Source: a virus. Taken from it: a DNA stretch of 64,000 bases. The stretch lies in the IMG/VR virus record IMGVR_UViG_3300045988_175656; one strand, given 5' to 3'. A program made the translations under genes and the position numbers. The notes beneath the pieces were generated by a model. The model saw nothing but the letters and a program-made list of their open reading frames with translations. It had not been told where the DNA came from and did no database searches. Shown one piece after another: positions 35,830 through 45,644 of this stretch. Position 1 is the first letter of the stretch. Every line of letters starts with the position of its first letter.

Positions 35830-36915
35830 CTAAACTTTTTTTTCCTTTATTAATTTATCTAAACAATCTTTACACAAGACTTTCCCATATGTTTCTAACG
35901 TAATTTGAGCATCATAAAACTCTATTTCTCCATTATTAGTTTTATAATGTTCAATCCCATCCTCACCTATTATAATTTCATAACCATTACCTTTATTTGG
36001 TCTCAAATGTGCTTCATTTGACATTATTTTACCACATTCAGCACATACATATTCTTTTTTATCTATTTCTGATAAGTTAAAAATAACATCTTTCTTTTCA
36101 TTGTTTTGATATTTTTCATCCATAGTTTTGTTATAAAAACGAGCAGTTAAATCAACAGGTTCATTTTTTAAATGTGCTTTAAACTTAATAACAAAATTCC
36201 CATCAAAAATATCAATTTTCTTAAAGAAAATATTATCAAATTTATATTCCATTAAATCTCTTACCCCATGTGCCTTATGTGTAATAAATTTCAATCCTTG
36301 TAAATCAATAACATCTGATTTAATGCCACTATCTTTTATTTTATTAACTTCATTAATAAATCCTTTTGACAAATATTTAAATTCATTAGGATATATTGTT
36401 GCATAAAAATCAAGCTGCACATGAGTATCATCTATTTTCTTTACAACTAATTTAGTTGTAAATTCTTCTATTCTGAATCTAGGAAAAAAATCTCGCTCCA
36501 CTTGTAAAATATATTTTGTCTGGTCTCCATATGTATTAACTCGATTAATTTCATCTAGAACTCCTTTTCCCATTTCTTCATTACCTTGAATTAAAATCAA
36601 TTCATATCCTTCTGATTCATCAATATGTACATGTTGGCTATCTTGTTTTGGTAATACCAAACCTGTTGTGATATACTCTAGTTTTGATGCTTCATCAGCC
36701 ACTTTATATGTTCTATATCTTAATTCCTGAACTGCTTGTGTTTCTTGACCATTCAACAATGCACGAGACATTTTTTCAGCATCAACGTTTTGATTAATTG
36801 ATACACCTTCATCACTTTGTGCTCCTTTTTGTGTTAAAATTTCAGTTTCAGTAATTTTAAGACCATACATTAAACCATACCATAAATTTTTTGCTTTATC
36901 AACTATTTTTCCCAT
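35830..36915 (-). CDS. Hypothetical protein with a C-terminal zinc ribbon
   Basis: CAECGK...CKDC near the C-terminus. Confidence 0.55.
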   Translation of the reverse strand: MGKIVDKAKNLWYGLMYGLKITETEILTQKGAQSDEGVSINQNVDAEKMSRALLNGQETQAVQELRYRTYKVADEASKLEYITTGLVLPKQDSQHVHIDESEGYELILIQGNEEMGKGVLDEINRVNTYGDQTKYILQVERDFFPRFRIEEFTTKLVVKKIDDTHVQLDFYATIYPNEFKYLSKGFINEVNKIKDSGIKSDVIDLQGLKFITHKAHGVRDLMEYKFDNIFFKKIDIFDGNFVIKFKAHLKNEPVDLTARFYNKTMDEKYQNNEKKDVIFNLSEIDKKEYVCAECGKIMSNEAHLRPNKGNGYEIIIGEDGIEHYKTNNGEIEFYDAQITLETYGKVLCKDCLDKLIKEKKV

Positions 36916-37151
36916 TAGTCAATTATTTCTAATAACTTATTCTTAATTTGAGCATTAATCAAATAATTAATGTGTTTAAATTTATTCATTTCATTTATTA
37001 CATTATTATCATAAAGCACATTTCCAAATTGGTTCGTGCTATTAATACTAGCGTTATTACTTAAAAAATCACAAATATTCTTTGATGCTATTGCATATTC
37101 ATTTAATTCAGATATAGACATCTGTTTTAAATCAATTTTTGTTTTTGTCAT
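36915..37151 (-). CDS. Hypothetical small protein
   Basis: ORF overlapping the downstream start by 1 nt. Confidence 0.45.
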   Translation of the reverse strand: MTKTKIDLKQMSISELNEYAIASKNICDFLSNNASINSTNQFGNVLYDNNVINEMNKFKHINYLINAQIKNKLLEIID

Positions 37152-37195
37152 ATTATTTTTTTTTTTATATAAAATAATATAAAATTAGTAAAAGT

Positions 37196-37220
37196 AAATA
37201 AAAAAGGAGCTTTTAGCTCC
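37196..37220 (-). terminator. Rho-independent terminator after the GMP reductase-like gene
   Basis: ggagct / agctcc stem followed by a T-run in minus sense. Confidence 0.55.
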
Positions 37221-37221
37221 T

Positions 37222-38304
37222 TTATTTATTAATCACCTGATATGCATTATTTGATATAATGTTTAATGTGACTTTACCACAAAAATTTACCAATTCAAGA
37301 CAATTTGTATAAGACATTGCAGAGCGTAAATACGAAATAAAATTATCAACCCACCCTTCCATTGTATATTCTACGGGGCGATAAGTAATTAGACCTTCTC
37401 CAGTTTTTAATGTTTTATTACCCATTTCTTTTTGCGCCTTTTTGGTGGACATACCATAAAATTCTTTTTCAAATTTATACCCTTCTTTAAATTTGTTTAA
37501 AGCTTCTTGGCTATATTGGTCTATTTTAGAAATAAATCCATTATCATCTATTGATGTATATGCAGCACTTTCCAACATTTTATTAAATATAGAACCACAC
37601 ATTACAAAATGAGCACCTAAAGCTAATGCCTTTATAATATCACCATATCCCTTCATACCGCCATCTGCAACAATAAATGCTAATTCACTTGAATTACACA
37701 AATAACTATCATAATATTGTCTACATTTATCTATTAAAGATGCCATTGGATAATGAATACCTGTGTTTGGAGATGTTGTACATGCACCGCCTGTTCCAAC
37801 TGATAATCTAACATAGTCAGCCCCAGCAAGTGATAAATTAACATATGTTTCTGGATTTGCAACATTACCTGCCATTATAACAATCTTACTATTATATTTC
37901 TTTTTAGCATCTTTAATATAATCCAATAATTTTACCATTCCACCATTAGCAATATCAATCAATACATACATAGGTTTACCATTATTATTAGCATATGTAT
38001 CTAAAAAATATAATTTGAATTCAGCCAAAGAAAATGCACACCAAACATTATTCATTTTTTGTAAACGCATTTGAATATCTTCAGTTCTTGGAAGAATAGG
38101 ATTTATATTATTCTCAATAAACTTATTATAATTTGTTGAATTGACAACTGTTGACATTGGGGCTGTAAATAAAGGTAACATACCATCAGGCATATAAGGA
38201 TTGCACTCACATCTATGTTCCACCCTAGTTGATGATGATGGCATTATTGCCACATCATTTAACGAATAAAGCATTTTTTCTATAATCATTTTTCTATTAG
38301 ACAT
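37222..38304 (-). CDS. guaC: GMP reductase-like enzyme (IMPDH/GMPR TIM-barrel family, no CBS insert)
   Basis: YVLIDIANG..., GNVANPETYVNLSLAGADYVRLSVGTGGACTTSPNTGIHYPMASLI (catalytic Cys loop), VADGGMKGYGDIIKALALGAHFVMCGS and FYGMS are collinear with E. coli GuaC. Confidence 0.8.
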   Translation of the reverse strand: MSNRKMIIEKMLYSLNDVAIMPSSSTRVEHRCECNPYMPDGMLPLFTAPMSTVVNSTNYNKFIENNINPILPRTEDIQMRLQKMNNVWCAFSLAEFKLYFLDTYANNNGKPMYVLIDIANGGMVKLLDYIKDAKKKYNSKIVIMAGNVANPETYVNLSLAGADYVRLSVGTGGACTTSPNTGIHYPMASLIDKCRQYYDSYLCNSSELAFIVADGGMKGYGDIIKALALGAHFVMCGSIFNKMLESAAYTSIDDNGFISKIDQYSQEALNKFKEGYKFEKEFYGMSTKKAQKEMGNKTLKTGEGLITYRPVEYTMEGWVDNFISYLRSAMSYTNCLELVNFCGKVTLNIISNNAYQVINK

Positions 38305-38352
38305 TAAAAATCCAGTATATAAATATACACTGGATTATTGTTAAAATTAATA

Positions 38353-38952
38353 TTATTTAGTACCTGAACTACCAAAACCATTTTTACCTCTACCTGTGTT
38401 TTCATCAATTTCACTTACCTTCGTAAGTGAAGTCAAATAGCTGTTATAAACAGGCATTAGAACTCCTTGTGCTATTCTATCTCCATTATGTATTTTAACA
38501 TAATCATTTGATAAATTTATCATAATAACACATATTTCTCCACGATATTTTTCATCAATAGTACCAGGTGTATTCAATACAATTAAACCTTGTTTAATAC
38601 TTGTACCACTACGAGGTCTTATTTGTAATTCAGTATATTCAGGAAGTTCAAAATATAACCCAGTATGAATCATTCTTCGTTCAAATGGAGCAAGTAAAAT
38701 GTATGGCTGCATATCTTCACTATCACCACACAGCCCTTTACCATCTTCACAATCAATCCACGCTCTTAAATCAAAACCACTATCACCATCATTAGCATAT
38801 GTAGGGTCAATATTATTTGATTTATTAACAAATTTTAAATTTTGTATATCCAAATTTTCATTATCCCATTGGATTTTCTTCTTATAAGAATGGTGTCCTG
38901 GACCCATTATGCCATTACTTTCTGTGATATACCCTTTTTTCCCAAAACTCAT
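38353..38952 (-). CDS. dut: dUTP diphosphatase with a roughly 35-aa N-terminal extension
   Basis: DGDSGFDLRA (motif 1), RPRSGTS (motif 3), GTIDEKYRGE (motif 4) and C-terminal GRGKNGFGSSG (motif 5). Confidence 0.88.
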   Translation of the reverse strand: MSFGKKGYITESNGIMGPGHHSYKKKIQWDNENLDIQNLKFVNKSNNIDPTYANDGDSGFDLRAWIDCEDGKGLCGDSEDMQPYILLAPFERRMIHTGLYFELPEYTELQIRPRSGTSIKQGLIVLNTPGTIDEKYRGEICVIMINLSNDYVKIHNGDRIAQGVLMPVYNSYLTSLTKVSEIDENTGRGKNGFGSSGTK

Positions 38953-39548
38953 TCTTCTTTTTTTGTTTTTTCTTTTATTGTCTTTTTGTAGCTTTCTCTT
39001 AAATCAGCATTAACTAATAAATTAGTCATTTTAACAATTGTTGCTAAAGGACTTGCATAGTATTGTGATTTATCATCATTGTCTTTATCAATAATTCGTA
39101 TAGCTTCATATTCTTCCTCAGTCAATTTAATACCATATTTCATACAGATATATGCTGACCTTTCACCTGTTTTCAACTGCCCTTTAATTTCAGGATTAAA
39201 TTCATAAAGAACACCTCTTTTTCTTTGCCAATCAACAGTTTGTTCAACAAACATTTCACATTTTGAAATATGTTGTAGCAATAAAACTTTCAGTAAAGAT
39301 TCTTTATTAACTTTCATGGACTCACTTAATGTATTGTTTATATTAAATGAATATAAACATAACTTATTTAATACAATATCAAGCAATGAGCCATCATATG
39401 CTGAACCACTATCTTCACTCATGCCATAAGATGCTTTTTTAAGCAAATCCCCATAAGTATTTATTAATTCTTCTGAATAACAATTATATGTTTGTAACCT
39501 TTTAATCCACTTGTCAAAGTTGGATTCCATTTCTTTATTTGTAATCAT
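38949..39548 (-). CDS. Hypothetical protein
   Basis: First gene after a conserved promoter, with an ATGA overlap to dut. Confidence 0.55.
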   Translation of the reverse strand: MITNKEMESNFDKWIKRLQTYNCYSEELINTYGDLLKKASYGMSEDSGSAYDGSLLDIVLNKLCLYSFNINNTLSESMKVNKESLLKVLLLQHISKCEMFVEQTVDWQRKRGVLYEFNPEIKGQLKTGERSAYICMKYGIKLTEEEYEAIRIIDKDNDDKSQYYASPLATIVKMTNLLVNADLRESYKKTIKEKTKKEE

Positions 39549-39566
39549 TGCATAAAATTTTTCTCA

Positions 39567-39600
39567 TTGCAAATATACGACTTTTTAATCACTTTTACAA
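39567..39600 (-). promoter_or_regulatory. Bacteroidota-type promoter (AGTTGTAAA, 20-nt spacer, GTCGTATATTTGCAA)
   Basis: Plus strand reads ttgcaaatatacgac at 39567-39581. The -7 box is at 39570-39577 and TTG at 39598-39600. Confidence 0.6.
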
Positions 39601-40827
39601 CTTACTATTCACTATGCTTTCATAAAATTCAGCTCTTTTAACAGTTATAGTTTCAATAGAGTATTTGTCTTTTACTGTGTTGTATAGATTTTCTGCCATT
39701 TTATTAATATATTCAGGATGTTGTACCAATGTAGTAATATATTTAGCCCATTGTTTATGGTTCTTTTTTGATTCCACCAATAGCCCATTACCACTTTCAT
39801 CAATATTTCCTTGTTTAATAAATGGTTTTAAATCAATTGTATAAGGTCCAAAGTTTTGGGCGATAATTGCTTTATGAAAAAATCCAGCTTCAATAACCTT
39901 TAATTGTGATTTATATTTATTGAAATCACATTCTTTTAGTGGTACTAATAATACATCAATATTATTATAATGTGTAGCATATTGGTTAATAGGTTTAGTC
40001 CAGCATCTTCTATACATTTCTTTATCGTTATATGGATAGTCCATATTTGGGATAAATCTATGCAAAAATGATGAATAAGGCTGTGATACTAATTTATAAT
40101 TATCAGTTAATACCTTCTCATATCTATACCAAACAGTTTCTTGTGGCATAATGGGTCTTTCACGAATTTGTCCAGTTTGTGCATCTTTTTCTCGATACAT
40201 ACCATTAGTATCAAAACCACATAAAACAAATTGACATTTGGCTAAAATATCTTTGGGTAATGAGTTAGTCAAACCTTGTAAAATATTAATATCGTGTTCA
40301 TGTGAACTCCCACAAATAATTCCAAAACGTATTTTTTCACTTTTAACATCAATAGGTTGAAATTGTTTTTCACTTTTATCAATTGCATTTGGTAAAACAA
40401 TTACATTTTTATTATGTTTTTTTAAACAATTAACAAAAATATCTGTTGTAGTTGTCACATAATCAGACATTCTAATATTATCAATTAATTTTTGTTTAGT
40501 GTTAGTCGTTTTATAGACAGCAGACATTGGATGAAATGAACCTAAATCATAATAATCATCAATATCCATTACTGTAATTGTTTTTTTATCTTTAAGATAT
40601 TTTAATACTTCAACACATTTATCATAAGAGTTAGAAATGTTTTTACTAAAATGAATAATATCAAATTCTTCAAAATAAGTTAATGGTTTATTAGTTACAT
40701 CATATTCAATTGTAACATCAAATTTATCACCATATAATTCACTTAATTTTGTATGAGGATTAAGTGAACGGAAATAACCAACACCAAATTTATCACTAGG
40801 CAAGCATAACACTTTTATTTTATCCAT
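39595..40827 (-). CDS. Putative glycosyltransferase (GT-B, group 1-like); tentative
   Basis: The C-terminal half (KVIEAGFFHKAIIAQNFGPY...GNGLLVESKK...YITTLVQHPEYINKMAENL) resembles the GT1 E-x7-E region. Confidence 0.45.
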   Translation of the reverse strand: MDKIKVLCLPSDKFGVGYFRSLNPHTKLSELYGDKFDVTIEYDVTNKPLTYFEEFDIIHFSKNISNSYDKCVEVLKYLKDKKTITVMDIDDYYDLGSFHPMSAVYKTTNTKQKLIDNIRMSDYVTTTTDIFVNCLKKHNKNVIVLPNAIDKSEKQFQPIDVKSEKIRFGIICGSSHEHDINILQGLTNSLPKDILAKCQFVLCGFDTNGMYREKDAQTGQIRERPIMPQETVWYRYEKVLTDNYKLVSQPYSSFLHRFIPNMDYPYNDKEMYRRCWTKPINQYATHYNNIDVLLVPLKECDFNKYKSQLKVIEAGFFHKAIIAQNFGPYTIDLKPFIKQGNIDESGNGLLVESKKNHKQWAKYITTLVQHPEYINKMAENLYNTVKDKYSIETITVKRAEFYESIVNSKL

Positions 40828-40883
40828 ATTTATGATTTTTTAGAAAAAATAAAGATAAAATTTTTATTGTAAACAGATATATA

Positions 40884-40916
40884 ATAAAAAAACCTGCTTA
40901 ATTTGCAGGTTTTTTA
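40884..40916 (-). terminator. Rho-independent terminator
   Basis: aacctgc / gcaggtt stem with flanking A and T runs. Confidence 0.6.
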
Positions 40917-41626
40917 TTTTTTTTATCTTTTATATTTCCTTTGAATACCATAGTCGCTTCATATATATTTCCACTACTATCCATAAATTGAAAGTTTTTG
41001 CCTAATTTCATCATTTTTAGTGATGTTGAAGAATCTTTATTTACGCTTTCACTTAATAAATTTTCTTTTAACGGTTCTATGTATTTTTTGACAACACCTT
41101 CAATAATCATTTTCATCGTCTCATAATCAAAACTTGAATTTGTCATTTGCATAGGTTGCTGTATTGGTTGAGACTGTGTAAATTGTTCGGTCAAAGTTGG
41201 CTTACGTTGTGGTTGTTGTGGTGTTGTTGGTGGGGGCATTAGATTAGTTACAGATGCTAATTGGCTTGTAAATGCATCCATAGTTGGGTCTGAGGAAAGA
41301 CCATTAAGAGGATTATTTTTAATTTCATCTAAAATCTGTTTAGGTAATCCTATATTGTTACGAGCTGGTTGTATTGAACCTTGTCGAATTCTTTGCATTT
41401 CAGCTTCAGCATTATAATTACTGCCACCCGTTTGCATAGGCATTGAGTTAGGATTGTAAGGTAACATTTCAGTTGGTCTATAATTCTCATTCACAATACT
41501 ATTATCAATAAATCCACCATCATTTAAGCCTTTTGCATATTTATCAAATTCAGGACTAGCAACAACTTTGGTTAGTTGTTGTGCTCTCGCAAAACTACTT
41601 GCTAATTGTGCGGCTCTATCATTCAT
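40898..41626 (-). CDS. Hypothetical Q/P-rich protein
   Basis: ORF overlapping the upstream gene's stop by 1 nt. Confidence 0.55.
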   Translation of the reverse strand: MNDRAAQLASSFARAQQLTKVVASPEFDKYAKGLNDGGFIDNSIVNENYRPTEMLPYNPNSMPMQTGGSNYNAEAEMQRIRQGSIQPARNNIGLPKQILDEIKNNPLNGLSSDPTMDAFTSQLASVTNLMPPPTTPQQPQRKPTLTEQFTQSQPIQQPMQMTNSSFDYETMKMIIEGVVKKYIEPLKENLLSESVNKDSSTSLKMMKLGKNFQFMDSSGNIYEATMVFKGNIKDKKNKKPAN

Positions 41627-42405
41627 TATATATTTCTATTATTTCGTTTATTTTTATTTTTTTCATAATCCCTTAATACAGATGGGTCTACGAATTGAGG
41701 ATTGTTTAATTGCTCTTTTCTTCTATCTATCTGTTGTTCGGTATCTGTTTTAAATATATCATTTTCAGGCTCATTTGTCAATGGTTGTTCAGTTTTCTTT
41801 TTTGGACCTGTTGATTGTTGAGGATTATTATTGTTTTTAATATCTGCCCCTTGAAAACCATCTTGTGTTTTTTTATTGTTCATATATTCATCTTTATAAA
41901 CAGGTTTATCAACTTGACGTTGTAAATTATCCATATCTTGTCTAACTTGTTTTTCACCAGGTGGCATATAAACAGGTTCTTCTTTTCTTCTTGGTTCTGT
42001 TGTAACAGGTGTTTTAGTATCAGGAACATTATCATTAAAGTTGGCTATATCATATACTACACTCATACTTCTATCACCATTAGGGTTAAAATCAGGACGA
42101 GCTTGTGTAAAATATTGACCTGTTGGTCTCCAATCCAATATTCTATCTAATCTGAAAAATTTCCACGATGGTACTTTAGAAGCAGTATCGCCTTGTGGTT
42201 GATAGGCACGAATTACAGGATTACCAGCTTTAGTTAAACCATAAGCATATACTTCAATTATTCTCCACCCCATAGCAATATTTTCACCATGAGAATCATA
42301 ATTGATTACAACTCTATACTTTTCATTTATCGCATCTTCAACTTTGGTTCTATCAACTTTTTCTTCTAAAAGTATATTTTCTAATATTTCTGATATATTC
42401 AACAT
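41626..42405 (-). CDS. WYL-domain-like protein with a disordered basic/acidic C-terminal half
   Basis: YRVVINYDSHGENIAMGWRIIEVYAYGLTKAGNPVIRAYQ...SWKFFRLDRILDW fits the WYL pattern (R-x-I-x-P/V-Y...Y/W-L...FRLDRI). Confidence 0.55.
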   Translation of the reverse strand: MLNISEILENILLEEKVDRTKVEDAINEKYRVVINYDSHGENIAMGWRIIEVYAYGLTKAGNPVIRAYQPQGDTASKVPSWKFFRLDRILDWRPTGQYFTQARPDFNPNGDRSMSVVYDIANFNDNVPDTKTPVTTEPRRKEEPVYMPPGEKQVRQDMDNLQRQVDKPVYKDEYMNNKKTQDGFQGADIKNNNNPQQSTGPKKKTEQPLTNEPENDIFKTDTEQQIDRRKEQLNNPQFVDPSVLRDYEKNKNKRNNRNI

Positions 42406-42432
42406 ATTTTTATTTCTTTATATTTAAAACAA

Positions 42433-42472
42433 TTCCTCATATATATCATAAATACATAATATATATGAGGAA
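42433..42472 (-). terminator. Long hairpin (14-bp stem) between 42499-42864 and 41626-42405
   Basis: ttcctcatatatat / atatatatgaggaa with a 12-nt loop. Confidence 0.55.
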
Positions 42473-42498
42473 TAATAACCATTAATGATTAATTTTCA

Positions 42499-42864
42499 TT
42501 AAGGAACTTGATATTGACCTGCTTGTCTATTAACATCTGTTATAACAGAAGTCATTGTATAAGGTTTATCAGGATTATACAGACTTCTTACCATAGCTTG
42601 TTGTCTAGCTTCATTATCAGCACCATTACCTGCACCTGAATTTGGTGAAGTATCAAAATTCTGATAATTAATCATACCAATACTGCCATTGCAGTCTGGT
42701 AAATAGAATGTGTGTCCACCACTTCCAGTACCTTTACCTTGTGCATCCCCATTAGCTAATGCATCTTTATGTGTTACAGAGTAACGGTCATTAGTATTAT
42801 AATCACTTCTAACTATTTCTCTTTCTCTTTCATCAATTGACCTTTTTTCTAAACATGATTGCAT
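42499..42864 (-). CDS. Hypothetical Gly/Asn-rich protein
   Basis: ORF in operon orientation. Confidence 0.5.
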   Translation of the reverse strand: MQSCLEKRSIDEREREIVRSDYNTNDRYSVTHKDALANGDAQGKGTGSGGHTFYLPDCNGSIGMINYQNFDTSPNSGAGNGADNEARQQAMVRSLYNPDKPYTMTSVITDVNRQAGQYQVP

Positions 42865-42907
42865 ATTATATAATATATTACTTTCTTATTTTATTATAAA
42901 TATTAAA

Positions 42908-43468
42908 CTAACTATTTTGTGATAATAGTTTTATTGCTTCAATAATCTGATTTTCACTAACAATGATAAATTTAACATTTTCTTTTGATGTGCTTTCAAA
43001 TTTGAATGTTTCATCATTAAAAACATTTGATATTGAGTCTTTACCAAAATTAGGTTTAACAGTTGTTACTTTCATAGCATTTTTTGTTAATCTATTTTTT
43101 GTGTGTGGCTTGATGAAAGAATTATCCATCCCTGCTTCTTTTTTAGCATTTTTAAATCCTTTTATTGCATTTGTAGCTGTGGACAAAGTGTTATTGACCC
43201 ATGTTTGCATAGCTTTTCCACCATTAAGTTGAAACTCTATACTATCTTCTTTTCCATTAAAATTATCAAAAAAGTTTTTAATACGTTTCATTTCATTATA
43301 CTCAATACCATCCATTGATAAAAGATTGTTTAGTCTTTTATATCCAACAGAATTTTTATTGCCATTAAAATTATTTAATATTTGTGTTAAATGTTTTCTA
43401 ATTCCAATTGGCAACGGAAAATTTCTGCCTTTAAGTTCACTATTTCCATCTTCAAACAAATACAACAT
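42908..43468 (-). CDS. Hypothetical protein
   Basis: ORF in operon orientation. Confidence 0.5.
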   Translation of the reverse strand: MLYLFEDGNSELKGRNFPLPIGIRKHLTQILNNFNGNKNSVGYKRLNNLLSMDGIEYNEMKRIKNFFDNFNGKEDSIEFQLNGGKAMQTWVNNTLSTATNAIKGFKNAKKEAGMDNSFIKPHTKNRLTKNAMKVTTVKPNFGKDSISNVFNDETFKFESTSKENVKFIIVSENQIIEAIKLLSQNS

Positions 43469-43471
43469 ATA

Positions 43472-43744
43472 TTATTTTTTAGTTTTATCATTATTTTTTT
43501 CGGTAATTCTACTCCATCTACCATATGGCATCAAAGTTTGACCATAATATGTCTGTTGTGTTTGCATATTAGCAAACTTATCACCTGTTATTGGTTCGCC
43601 ATCTTCTCCTGAAGATAGTTTTCCTGTTGTTGATGTTTGACCTAATCCACCATATTCTTTAAAATCTCCATTATTCAAATAATCTATATCATCACCTGCT
43701 ATCTCTTTTATTTGAGATTCAGTAAATTTCACTTTTTTAGTCAT
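43472..43744 (-). CDS. Hypothetical protein
   Basis: First ORF of the leftward block. Confidence 0.5.
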   Translation of the reverse strand: MTKKVKFTESQIKEIAGDDIDYLNNGDFKEYGGLGQTSTTGKLSSGEDGEPITGDKFANMQTQQTYYGQTLMPYGRWSRITEKNNDKTKK

Positions 43745-43772
43745 ATTAAATTTTGCTTTAACTTATAATATA

Positions 43773-43781
43773 AATATTTAT
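43773..43781 (+). promoter_or_regulatory. Candidate late-promoter motif AATATTTAT
   Basis: Exact 9-mer 22 nt upstream of the ATG at 43803. Confidence 0.3.
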
Positions 43782-43802
43782 CAATAAAGCAAATGGGTTG
43801 AA

Positions 43803-45617
43803 ATGAATAATATATTACATAATAATTACAACAATTTAAGATTAACCATCAATAATGACGAATATTGGGATTTTTGTATAAACAAAGATTCTTATCAAAC
43901 CTATTTCCCAAAAAAAGGGTTAAAAGAAGAATGTTTAATTTCATATATTGATTCTGATGACCCAGATTGTGTGTTTTTTGACAAATTGTATAGTAAAACT
44001 TCATATAAATGGAATAATCTTATTAATAATGGTGTGGAATTATGCAATATTGGTTATACAGGAGTTGACAATGGACTTATCAGTTATCAAAAAGACAGAA
44101 TAACAAACGAACAATTTCTAAAAATATTCACTGAGTCTAAACTCAAAATAGAAAAAGATGATGTAAAACTTCATTTACATCAAGTAACTGGAAACACAGG
44201 TTTATATGATTATCCAATTTCAATTATAATGGAAGATAAATATGAAACAATTAAATTAAATGGTGGTTTTTATCAAGGATTTTTCAAATTGGACAAGGAT
44301 GATTATCAAATATTACCTGATTTTATAAAATCATCATGGAATTTTGAATTTACATTAAGAAAAAAAGATTTTGAAAAAGAATCAGATAAAACATTAAATG
44401 ATAAGTATCCAGATAATAAAGGTATATTTTTTTATATAGGCACAAGAGCCGAAAATAAATGGTGGCTTTTATATGAACATAATGAAAAAGAAGGAATAAA
44501 GAAAAAATGTGATATAACATATTTTTCAGATGATTATGTAAATGAGGAATATGAATCTAAAAATGGTCATTTATTAAATATGGACTATTTTCAACCAATA
44601 GTTCCTGACAAACCAATTGAATATAATGATGATGGGTATTTTTCAGGGGATTATTTACATGAATCTTGTTGTAAATGCCCTACAAAACAAAATAGTTATT
44701 TTGCAGATTCATATATTAATAATGAATATTATGACGATTTGCGTAGTGATGTAGATTATGTATATGGTGACTATTATAAACCTGATGTGCCAATAGATGT
44801 AAATATGAAATTAAAAACTTGTGATGGCTTTTATTTAAACACCCCTAATGTTTATGAAATTAAAACCGATAATAAATTTATATTTTTCAATCAAACATGC
44901 ACAGGGTTTACTACTAGTACATGGAATAAAGATGATACAGTTATTTTAACAGGCATAACACCACCAAATATCGGAAATTATTATACATTATTTAATAGAA
45001 CATGTACAGGTTACACAACAGATACAATACATGAACTACTTGATAAAAAAGAAAGAGAATATAATTTATATGGTGACATTTATAATAATGCTTTTGCTCT
45101 TAGAATTAAAGATGATGGCTCTTTGGGGTATAGATATTTGATTAAAGATTGTAATGCGGAATTTAACTGGTCAATATTAGAAGAGTATTCACTACCAAAT
45201 GTTATACATGAGAATGAATGGCATACAATTGATGTTAGAATTGATATGTTAAATGATGTTAGTGGAGAATGTAAACCATCTTATGAAAGAAAAATGAAAA
45301 TATATTTTTATGTTGATGGTAAATTAAAATTAATTTCAAAAGAATTACCAGAATTTAATTTTAGAGCTTTAAATGATTTGAAAGAAAAACAAGAAGGTGT
45401 ACCATTTAATATTTCACTAGGTGGTGGAACACAAGGATTAGCTGAAATGATAACTCTTAATTATATGGCTTATCCTGAATATGTTTTCCCAATAGAAAAA
45501 CACTTTGCTGGCACATTTATTGGTGAACTAAAAACATTTAAATTCTATGATTGTAATGTTAATTACACTGAAATACAAAATAATGTAGAATTTGAGAAAA
45601 ATTCTATTAAAAACTAA
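43803..45617 (+). CDS. Tail/baseplate protein with a C-terminal ConA/LamG-like jelly-roll; tentative
   Basis: EWHTIDVRIDML...KMKIYFYVDGKLKLIS...FNISLGGG resembles LamG-type lectin folds. It sits upstream of the tail-fibre genes. Confidence 0.55.
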   Translation: MNNILHNNYNNLRLTINNDEYWDFCINKDSYQTYFPKKGLKEECLISYIDSDDPDCVFFDKLYSKTSYKWNNLINNGVELCNIGYTGVDNGLISYQKDRITNEQFLKIFTESKLKIEKDDVKLHLHQVTGNTGLYDYPISIIMEDKYETIKLNGGFYQGFFKLDKDDYQILPDFIKSSWNFEFTLRKKDFEKESDKTLNDKYPDNKGIFFYIGTRAENKWWLLYEHNEKEGIKKKCDITYFSDDYVNEEYESKNGHLLNMDYFQPIVPDKPIEYNDDGYFSGDYLHESCCKCPTKQNSYFADSYINNEYYDDLRSDVDYVYGDYYKPDVPIDVNMKLKTCDGFYLNTPNVYEIKTDNKFIFFNQTCTGFTTSTWNKDDTVILTGITPPNIGNYYTLFNRTCTGYTTDTIHELLDKKEREYNLYGDIYNNAFALRIKDDGSLGYRYLIKDCNAEFNWSILEEYSLPNVIHENEWHTIDVRIDMLNDVSGECKPSYERKMKIYFYVDGKLKLISKELPEFNFRALNDLKEKQEGVPFNISLGGGTQGLAEMITLNYMAYPEYVFPIEKHFAGTFIGELKTFKFYDCNVNYTEIQNNVEFEKNSIKN

Positions 45618-45641
45618 AATATTTATTAATAAAATAAAATA
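45618..45641 (+). promoter_or_regulatory. Candidate late promoter AATATTTATTAATAAAATAAAATA
   Basis: Nearly identical to 17810-17833. It ends 3 nt before the ATG at 45645. Confidence 0.4.
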
Positions 45642-45644
45642 GTA

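Noticed and set aside
38309-38336. Imperfect hairpin between dut and the GMP reductase-like gene that contains GTGTATATTTAT, considered as another copy of the early promoter.
   Set aside because: It lacks the terminal G of TAnnTTTG and the conserved GCAA extension. It is more simply a weak inter-cistronic hairpin, so it is not annotated.
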